Part shown: in pieces, positions 1-6,555 of the stretch
Position numbering within the stretch: the first letter of the stretch is position 1
Layout of the letters: each line of letters begins with the position of its first letter
From: Rickettsiales bacterium
GTDB lineage: Bacteria > Pseudomonadota > Alphaproteobacteria > Rickettsiales > UBA998
Reading direction: 5' to 3'
NCBI GenBank assembly: GCA_965248995.1
Contig: CBDFKY010000022.1
Location: 15,996-79,995, forward strand
Length of the DNA: 64,000 nt
Notes under the pieces: model-generated
Databases searched by the model: none
What the model was told of the DNA's origin: nothing
What the model saw: the letters and a program-made list of their open reading frames with translations, nothing else
Position numbers and translations under genes: made by a program

Positions 1-801
1 GAAGACATCACCCGGGCACAGGCGCAGATAAAAGGGGAGATGACCGTCTTCATCCTGGCGCACGGCGGCATCAAAGGCGGACAACATCGCCTCGAACTGA
101 CCGAGGGCCACAGCATCGACACCGCGGATCTGTTCAAAGCGCTGGCCACGGCGCATGACCGCAGGAAATTCGACGTGTTCATGGCGTCCTGTCATGGAGG
201 GGAAGCGCAGGAAGCCGCCGACAATATCCTGCCTAAAGGTTCGAAATTCGTGGATCTGTCCGGGGCAAATCAGGAAACCTTCATGAAGGACGTACGGCGT
301 TTCCTGCAGACCGCGGGGGATAACAAGGGGCTTGCCCATGGGGATATAAGCGCGATGAACCTGATGTATGATTATCTGATGACCGACCTGCAGCACCATA
401 TCGCCCCGTCCATCACCATTTCTCGCGTGGGATCCTACGAGCTGGAGATCATGCTGAACCGTCATCTGGGCGTACCGTTTACATCGGAACAGGCTGAGCG
501 GGCCCATGCTACCCTGGATCAGGATTACGGGAAGGAAAGGGTGGACGACATCCTGAAAAAAATCGCATCCGCCCGCCCTACCGCCGAAATGGCCCCCGCT
601 TATTTCGGACCGGCGCTGGCCGTCATGTTCGCGGTCGAAGACCGCAGCCTGTATAGTATGCATATTCCCAAAGACCTGAAACTGGCTTCCATCAAACTGG
701 AAACCCAGAACGCTGTGCCTTTCGACGAAGGCTTCAACAGCAACGTTATCCGGCAGACGCCGCCTTCCCGGAAACCGGATGTGGACATCCACACCCGATG
801 A
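1..801 (+). CDS. Hypothetical protein, 5' end outside window; possible clan-CD (caspase/CHAT-like) His-Cys dyad
   Basis: Frame 1 is open from base 1 (EDITRAQAQIKGE precedes the Met at 40), and the stop is at 799-801. VFILAHGG and, about 43 aa later, VFMASCHGG each show a hydrophobic strand followed by His-Gly or Ser-Cys, as in clan CD peptidases. No other motif recognised. Confidence 0.5.
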   Translation, partial: EDITRAQAQIKGEMTVFILAHGGIKGGQHRLELTEGHSIDTADLFKALATAHDRRKFDVFMASCHGGEAQEAADNILPKGSKFVDLSGANQETFMKDVRRFLQTAGDNKGLAHGDISAMNLMYDYLMTDLQHHIAPSITISRVGSYELEIMLNRHLGVPFTSEQAERAHATLDQDYGKERVDDILKKIASARPTAEMAPAYFGPALAVMFAVEDRSLYSMHIPKDLKLASIKLETQNAVPFDEGFNSNVIRQTPPSRKPDVDIHTR

Positions 802-875
802 ATTTTCGGTTTTCACGGCGGCAAGGCGAAGGCCGATGCGGCAAATCCGTAAGAGGGCTGTTTTTTCGGTCTCCT

Positions 876-1454
876 TTAAATCCCTTGTCCGCTGTTCGGG
901 TTTTTCCCGCGACGCTCATCGATGAAGTCCGCCCATTCCTGATTGACGTGGCGGCGTGCCGCCTCCGCGCCTGCATCAAAATCCGGCCGCGTGCGCTCGG
1001 TGAGGAATTCCAGCACTTCCGGTTCACGCAGCTGGAGAAAACCGTAATGCTGGCGGCTGGCTTCCGTCCATTGATGCATCTCGGTATGACGGATGCGGGA
1101 TTTGTTTTTCAGTAAGGCGTCGATTTCACCGAATTTATCGTGACAGCCGATCGTGCCCACCTCCGGATGATAGATCGCCCAGACCGCGTTTCCCTTTTTG
1201 TCCACGCCGCGATGTACGCAGACACCGGCCTCATATCCCACTTCCGCGGCCGCGACGAAAACATTCGCTTTCAGGTGGTAAAACGCTTTATCTTTCTTCT
1301 TTGCCGCCAGATTGATCGCCTGAAAGATCAGCAGGTTCTGCGCGGCCAGAGAGACCGAGTCAAACGCCTTGCCATGCACATGCACCCCGTACCGGCTCAG
1401 CATATGGGTAGCCTGCGCGAGAATCGCCACGTTGCCGGCCGGTTTAGAGGACAT
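876..1454 (-). CDS. Hypothetical protein
   Basis: Long ORF convergent with the previous gene. ATG at 1454 (MSSKPAGNV...) is preferred over the TTG at 1493. Composition looks protein-like, with no recognisable family motif. Confidence 0.5.
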   Translation of the reverse strand: MSSKPAGNVAILAQATHMLSRYGVHVHGKAFDSVSLAAQNLLIFQAINLAAKKKDKAFYHLKANVFVAAAEVGYEAGVCVHRGVDKKGNAVWAIYHPEVGTIGCHDKFGEIDALLKNKSRIRHTEMHQWTEASRQHYGFLQLREPEVLEFLTERTRPDFDAGAEAARRHVNQEWADFIDERRGKNPNSGQGI

Positions 1455-1681
1455 AAGCGGGTATCGACATGCTAAGAGTATAATCCTGAACAAAAAAATG
1501 ACCTATGGCGAATGCGTAAGGCAGGTATGGCCCTATCGCATGGCATTCACCGGGTTTTTAAAGAGCGCCTGCGCCGCATCGCCTTATCAGTAATATATTC
1601 TACCGGTGAAATCCTTACATTATATTAATCTTTTTACGCTAACGTGTTAACACTTACGATCAGAAGAAAAGGGAGAAATCT

Positions 1682-2089
1682 ATGAGGCGCCGCGTATCCG
1701 TTGACTCCACCTTACGGGCTCTGTCCGTTACGGGCTGCATGCTCGCCGTTTTCCTGACCGCGGCTCCCGCCAATAGCTACGCGGTGGACAATACCGGTTT
1801 CATCCAGGCGTTCCACCATAGCTACGATAATCCCGGCGATGTGAAAGCGGCGCTGCATTACGCGGAAGAAGCGGTGAAGATCGGCAATTACGAAGCGGCT
1901 ATCCCTCCGCTCGAACGTATTTTGATGTTCAACCCACGTTTAAGCGAAGTACGGCTGGAGGTCGGCGTGCTGTATTACCTGCTTAATTCTAAAGATATGG
2001 CGAAAAAGCACCTCAGCATGGTAGCCACGGATACCGGCGCTACCCCCGCTTCCAAGGCGCGTGCCGAGTCGTATCTCGCCAGACTCTAA
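1682..2089 (+). CDS. Small secreted TPR-like protein
   Basis: GGAG-type RBS (aaagggagaaatct) lies before the ATG. N-terminal signal-like segment (LSVTGCMLAVFLTAAPANSYA). TPR-like helices follow (AALHYAEEAVKIGNYEAAIPPLERILMFNPRLSEVRLEVGVLYY). The gene sits 35 bp upstream of the FecR-domain gene on the same strand. Confidence 0.6.
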   Translation: MRRRVSVDSTLRALSVTGCMLAVFLTAAPANSYAVDNTGFIQAFHHSYDNPGDVKAALHYAEEAVKIGNYEAAIPPLERILMFNPRLSEVRLEVGVLYYLLNSKDMAKKHLSMVATDTGATPASKARAESYLARL

Positions 2090-2124
2090 CATTTTTCCTG
2101 ATTTTCCCCCCAAGGAGTTCATTC

Positions 2125-5100
2125 ATGAACCGCAACGCCCTCACTTTTTTCTCCGCCGCCACGTTTTCGACGTTCGCGCTGCTCTCCACCTCAGCCCTCG
2201 CCGCCGGTAAGATCGGCGTGGTCAGCGCGGCCGATCCTTCGGTGCGTATTCTCGGCGTGGACGGCAAGGAACGGCAGGTGAAGCTCGGCGACGGCATTTT
2301 CGCGGACGATACGGTCAAGACCGATGGCAAAGGCAAGGCGCAGCTGGTGTTCGAAGACCGTTCCACCGTGACGGTCAACGAGAATTCGGAACTGAAGATC
2401 GACCATTTCATCTATAATCCCGCCACCGACACCGGCGAGATGGGGATGAAAACGGTGAAAGGTGCGTTCCGCTTCATCGGCGGCGCGCTCTCCAAGCAGC
2501 ATCCGGTGACGATCCAGACCCCGGTGGCGACCATCGGAATCAGGGGCGGGATCGTTGATACGCACGTGGAAGCGAACGGCCGGACGGACGCCGTGTTCGT
2601 CTACGGCAGGGAAATGACCATGACCAACGCGGCGGGCAACCGTTTTTCTACGACGCAGTATGGCACGGGCCTCAGTCTGGCCGATGCGCGGGCGATCCCG
2701 GCTCCGCTTCCGGTCTCGGCGGTGCAGGCCAGCCTGAGCGAATTCGCGCATACCGCTTCCGCAGGCGGCGGCGCTCCGGTGACGCCGACGCCGCAGTCGG
2801 TAGCGCCACAGATGAAGCTGGGTACGGAGGGAAGATCGCCGGAACCGCTTGCCGTTCCTGCTCCCGCGGCGGCCAACGGTCCCGTCGGCGGTGCCGTCAA
2901 TGCGGCGGCGCTTGCCAATCCCGTCCCGGTAACGGCTGCCACCTCTGCCGTGAACAACGCACCGGCTGTCCAGACCGCCGTCCAGCCTAATGCGGCCCAG
3001 CCTAATGCGGCCCAGCCTTCCGCCCCCATCCTGTTCGTCGAAGGAAATTCGGTTTCCGCGCTGGATATCGCCGCCCTCAGCACCAATCTTGCCACGCAAC
3101 AGAAAGACGGCACGACACAGACGGCGGCGACCGCTCCCGAAAAACTGCGCGCCCTGGTGGACGCCCGCAATCTGCAGACGCAGGTCTTGGCGAATGACGG
3201 GTTGAAAAACTTTTTAAGAGATGCCGTATCCGTTCCGGTTCCCGTTTCCGCTGCAGCAACAGGCACCACGCCGACGTTACCGCGTTCCACCCTCCCGGCG
3301 GCAAACCTGCCCACCGTTATTCCGACAGCTAACATTCCGGTCGCGGCAACAGGCGGGGCCGGAGCGGGAGCCGGCAGCGGGGCGGGACTGGCGGAAAATT
3401 TCACCGCGGTGAGCGGGCGCACGGGAAAATTCCTTGTTCTTTCCGATACCAACAGCGACGGCTTCCTCGACGTGGCCAACCAGGGCGATGTCAACATCAC
3501 GCAGGAATCCCCCGATAAATACCGGATTTCCTTCACCTCCACGCTGGCCACCCCGCTTGCGACGCGTAACATCATTGTTCCTAAGCTCACGAGCGCCGGC
3601 GTAACCGATACGACGGCGAACGTCGTGGAGAACGGCGTGATCGGCAGCCGTCATGTGGAAGGGTACCGCACGCAGGGCGGAGCGATGGAAGCATACCATC
3701 TGGAAGATACCGCCGCATCGCTCAGCGATTCCAGCAAGGAAATCAATTTCGTGGTCGGCAGCAATATTTTCGACAATAGTGGCACGTTCGTCGACGCTGC
3801 GGCGCGATCCGTCACCGCCGCCAACAGCGGCAGCGTGCACGGTGCGGCGACCAACGGCGTCCTGCTTTATGATTTCCTCCCGGAAGTCGGGGAAGGCAAC
3901 GGCAACCAGTTCGGCAATTTCAACTATAACCGGGCGAGCGGCATCAACGATACGGACGCCGCCCCGCAATCGCAACAGACGGAATTCGGCACGGCGATCG
4001 ACTGGAAAACGGGCAAGGCCGGAAACCTGTTCAGCGGCCAGGTGAACTGGCTGCCGGTCGGCGGCAAGTCGAGCGCCACGGGTGCGTTCGGCAAGGCGAA
4101 CGCCGCTCCCAGTGCCATCAACGATTATAACATCGCAGGCAAGCGCCTCGCTTATACCGCTGAGGCGGCGGGCACTTCCACGGGCGGTTCGGGCAGCCTG
4201 AAAGGCGACGCGTTCGCGGTGAACGGCGCGGTCTTCGGAAATGTGAACGGTCCGGTGGAAGGCGCCATGGTGAATTACCTGACGCCTACCAATAAAACGA
4301 GCGTGGCTTCCACGGCACAGACCCAGCTGGGACTGACCGGCGGGGCCGTCGCCAACCGGGGAACGCAGGCGATCGCGCTGAAAGGGAACATCAGCGGCGA
4401 CCTCGCCACACAGGTCGCCAATCCGAGCAGCGTCGGCAACCATACCGGCTTTGCTTCGGGAGTGATGATGGTGCATAACGGTACCAATTACACCCCCACC
4501 ATTTTCAGCAATAACGTCAATACGGACGTGGCCCTGACGCCCGCTGCGGGAGGAGTGGTCGGCGGTTCCATCGCGGTGCAGGATTATAATACCAACGGCA
4601 GCGGCGGCGGAGGATACAACACGACGACCACCAGTTTCTCCAATCCCAACAACAGCGTCTATATCAACAACCGGCTATACGCGGCGCAGTCCGGCAGCAC
4701 CACGCATGCCAACAGCCAGACCTTCGATTCCGGCGGCACGACCGGCGCCAATGCCGCGCAGGCGTTCATCGTCAGCGGCGGCGCGGTGAACAACGCCAAA
4801 TCCGGCCTGTCCGGAGGCTATAAATGCGACGACTGCCAGTTCGTCAACTGGGGCGTCTGGTCCGGTGACGTGGGGGAACGCGTCGCCGGCAGCGGTCATG
4901 ATGACTACGCCGCCATGATTCCCTATGTCGTCGGGCAGGTGACCCAGAACGCCTCCCTGCTGGCGCCTCATAGCGCCAATTATAAGGGAGAGGCCTATGC
5001 GACGGTGGTGAAATCGGGCATCAACCCGCAGAACGTTGCCGGAACGATGGATGCGACGGTGAATTATGTGACCGGCCTCCCTCCGCAGTTGAACAACCTC

Positions 5101-5352
5101 AATCTGAATTTCGGAACGGTCCAGGGATCGGACCTGAACCTCCGTAATAACGGCACGGCTGCGGTCGCTCCTTCTGGCGACGCCACCTACAGCGTGCCGC
5201 TGGTCAGCAGCGGCACTCCGGCGGATATCGCCGGCAAGGCGAACGGTGCGCTGTATGGTGCCGCAGCCACGGAAATCGGTGGTAATTACACGTTCAACCG
5301 GACGACTGACAACCTGAACGGCGGCGGGATCTATTTCGGGAAGCAGCGTTAG
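2125..5352 (+). CDS. Large secreted protein with an N-terminal FecR-like domain, a low-complexity Ala/Pro/Thr/Gly-rich middle and a C-terminal TbpB-like beta-barrel
   Basis: Signal peptide (FALLSTSALAAGK). FecR-like block (RILGVDGKERQVKLGDGIFADDTVKTDGKGKAQLVFEDRSTVTVNENSELKIDHF). The C-terminus (CDDCQFVNWGVWSG...YKGEAYATV...GKANGALYGAAATEIGGNYTF...GGGIYFGKQR) resembles the C-terminal barrel of transferrin-binding-protein-B-like surface proteins. Confidence 0.75.
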   Translation: MNRNALTFFSAATFSTFALLSTSALAAGKIGVVSAADPSVRILGVDGKERQVKLGDGIFADDTVKTDGKGKAQLVFEDRSTVTVNENSELKIDHFIYNPATDTGEMGMKTVKGAFRFIGGALSKQHPVTIQTPVATIGIRGGIVDTHVEANGRTDAVFVYGREMTMTNAAGNRFSTTQYGTGLSLADARAIPAPLPVSAVQASLSEFAHTASAGGGAPVTPTPQSVAPQMKLGTEGRSPEPLAVPAPAAANGPVGGAVNAAALANPVPVTAATSAVNNAPAVQTAVQPNAAQPNAAQPSAPILFVEGNSVSALDIAALSTNLATQQKDGTTQTAATAPEKLRALVDARNLQTQVLANDGLKNFLRDAVSVPVPVSAAATGTTPTLPRSTLPAANLPTVIPTANIPVAATGGAGAGAGSGAGLAENFTAVSGRTGKFLVLSDTNSDGFLDVANQGDVNITQESPDKYRISFTSTLATPLATRNIIVPKLTSAGVTDTTANVVENGVIGSRHVEGYRTQGGAMEAYHLEDTAASLSDSSKEINFVVGSNIFDNSGTFVDAAARSVTAANSGSVHGAATNGVLLYDFLPEVGEGNGNQFGNFNYNRASGINDTDAAPQSQQTEFGTAIDWKTGKAGNLFSGQVNWLPVGGKSSATGAFGKANAAPSAINDYNIAGKRLAYTAEAAGTSTGGSGSLKGDAFAVNGAVFGNVNGPVEGAMVNYLTPTNKTSVASTAQTQLGLTGGAVANRGTQAIALKGNISGDLATQVANPSSVGNHTGFASGVMMVHNGTNYTPTIFSNNVNTDVALTPAAGGVVGGSIAVQDYNTNGSGGGGYNTTTTSFSNPNNSVYINNRLYAAQSGSTTHANSQTFDSGGTTGANAAQAFIVSGGAVNNAKSGLSGGYKCDDCQFVNWGVWSGDVGERVAGSGHDDYAAMIPYVVGQVTQNASLLAPHSANYKGEAYATVVKSGINPQNVAGTMDATVNYVTGLPPQLNNLNLNFGTVQGSDLNLRNNGTAAVAPSGDATYSVPLVSSGTPADIAGKANGALYGAAATEIGGNYTFNRTTDNLNGGGIYFGKQR
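2983..3018 (+). repeat. 15-bp in-frame tandem repeat (CAGCCTAATGCGGCC, two copies plus a 6-bp partial copy) inside the FecR-domain gene
   Basis: Read directly: cagcctaatgcggcc cagcctaatgcggcc cagcct, encoding QPNAAQPNAAQP. Confidence 0.85.
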
Positions 5353-5386
5353 CGGTAAACTGTTGCTCCAATTTTAAAAAAAGACC

Positions 5387-5490
5387 GTCATAAACCCTTC
5401 ATATTCCCCCTGTACTCAATGTGCTGATTTATGCATTCATTGATTCGGGGGGTGTCCATGAAGAAATTGTTCGCAAGCCCGCTCTGCTCT
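5387..5490 (+). repeat. About 100-bp duplicated promoter/5'-end segment; partner copy at 5941-6042
   Basis: The two segments are colinear and about 80% identical by eye. Compare gtcataaacccttcatattcc...gtgctgatttatgcattcattgattcggggggtgtccATGaagaaattg...gctctgctct with gtcataaaaccttcacattcg...gtgctaatttgttcattcattgattttgaggtatccATGaagaaatttt...gctctgctct. Confidence 0.75.
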
Positions 5491-5610
5491 AATGCAGCGC
5501 AGGCAAACTGGGAGCTTGAAAGTTATTGTTTTAGTGGAAAAAAACCATTGAGCTTCTGGACGGCTGATCCTCCGCAGACTCTACCATTATGCGCTATACT
5601 TCCACTATAG
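5458..5610 (+). pseudogene. Remnant ORF: duplicated 5' end of the 6010-6555 secreted-protein gene, terminated inside repeat element copy 1
   Basis: MKKLFASPLCS... matches MKKFFVGLLCS... of the intact gene only over about 12 codons. The TAG stop at 5608-5610 lies within the first bases of the 117-bp element. Confidence 0.4.
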
Positions 5611-5722
5611 TCATTCCGATTAAAAACCGTACGGTTTTTGTTGGATAAAATGACTATAACCATATATTTTATAGTGTTTTTATCCGAAAATTTCCGTACG
5701 GAAATTATTCGGAAACACTATA
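5606..5722. repeat. 117-bp double-hairpin MITE-like element, copy 1
   Basis: About 92% identical to 9488-9604. It is built from two extended imperfect palindromes (tatagtcatt...aatgactata and tatagtgttt...aaacactata, each enclosing a ccg-tacgg-centred hairpin). Termini are TATAGT...ACTATA. Confidence 0.8.
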
Positions 5723-5727
5723 ACGAT

Positions 5728-5928
5728 GTGTATATTCGAAATAAAATCATCACTATCCCCATGATTTATGATATCGCCCTGTTTCAACAAAAATACGGTG
5801 CGAAGTTCGAGGGGGCAAGCGGGCATGACGTGATCGATGCCAGCAAGGCGATTTCCGGGGCGATCGACCTGCGTGACAGGTTCAATGCCGACAACAAGCT
5901 GCATTTCTCCGGAGTCGGGGGAAAAGTA
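5728..5928 (+). pseudogene. Internal fragment of a second serralysin-like metalloprotease paralog
   Basis: The translation VYIRNKIITIPMIYDIALFQQKYGAKFEGASGHDVIDASKAISGAIDLRDRFNADNKLHFSGVGGKV parallels residues of the 6552-9245 protein (MYVQNKILTTPMVYDIALLQQKYGAHFDG...GASGHDVIDASSAISATIDLRDGFNPDNTPHFSRVGGEV). It lacks the HExxH region, the N-terminus and the RTX part. Confidence 0.7.
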
Positions 5929-6009
5929 CGCTCTTGCGATGTCATAAAACCTTCACATTCGCCTTTCTTGAGCGTGCTAATTTGTTCATTCATTGATTTT
6001 GAGGTATCC

Positions 6010-6555
6010 ATGAAGAAATTTTTTGTAGGCCTGCTCTGCTCTGCATTGCTTTGCTCTGGCGCGGCGAAGGCATATCATCCATTGGAAGTAGGTTGTACCG
6101 TGGAAGAAAAATCAGGTGCGTACTGGGTGAACAATTCTTCAAGAGTAGATACGATTTTTATAGGAAAAGTTATTAGTGTGGATGCAACCGTCATGGATTG
6201 GCCGGAGGATGGTTCGTGCTGGGGAAATTTCTCCGTTTTGGAAGTGTTGAAAGGTAATATAGGCAAAAGGATTTCTGTTAAAATTGCTTATGATCCTGCT
6301 GAAAAAGCGAAAAAAAGAATTAATCCGGAGGGACTGAAGACGGTGGATTACTGCCCATTTGCCTATGGAAAAACTTACGTGGTATATGGACTGCATATAA
6401 AAGATTCACCAGATGTCGGTATGAATGACTGGATAGTAAGCAATTCCAATGCAGGAAACTCGCATTTCAACTGTGCGCCCACCAAAGAAATTCGAGATTC
6501 CGAAACATCCAAAACAAGCGGTAAGATTCGAAATCTGTTAAAGAAAGGAAAATGA
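6010..6555 (+). CDS. Small secreted protein with a TIMP/NTR-like OB-fold pattern; candidate cognate protease inhibitor
   Basis: Signal peptide MKKFFVGLLCSALLCSGAAKA. The stop overlaps the protease start (aaATGAccatg, with the ATG at 6552 and the TGA at 6553-6555). The pattern GC-x(17)-VDTIFIGKVISV...FSVLEVLKGNIGKRISVKI...DYCPFAYGKTYVVYGLH...HFNCAP resembles TIMP/netrin-module proteins. Confidence 0.7.
   Translation: MKKFFVGLLCSALLCSGAAKAYHPLEVGCTVEEKSGAYWVNNSSRVDTIFIGKVISVDATVMDWPEDGSCWGNFSVLEVLKGNIGKRISVKIAYDPAEKAKKRINPEGLKTVDYCPFAYGKTYVVYGLHIKDSPDVGMNDWIVSNSNAGNSHFNCAPTKEIRDSETSKTSGKIRNLLKKGK

Noticed and set aside
2191-4476. Long minus-strand ORFs (2191-3099, 2601-3590, 3277-4476) antisense to the FecR-domain gene
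   Set aside because: Their translations are Arg/Gly/Ala/Pro/His-rich low-complexity strings with no motifs. They lie entirely inside a well-supported plus-strand gene in GC-rich DNA, which is typical of shadow ORFs.
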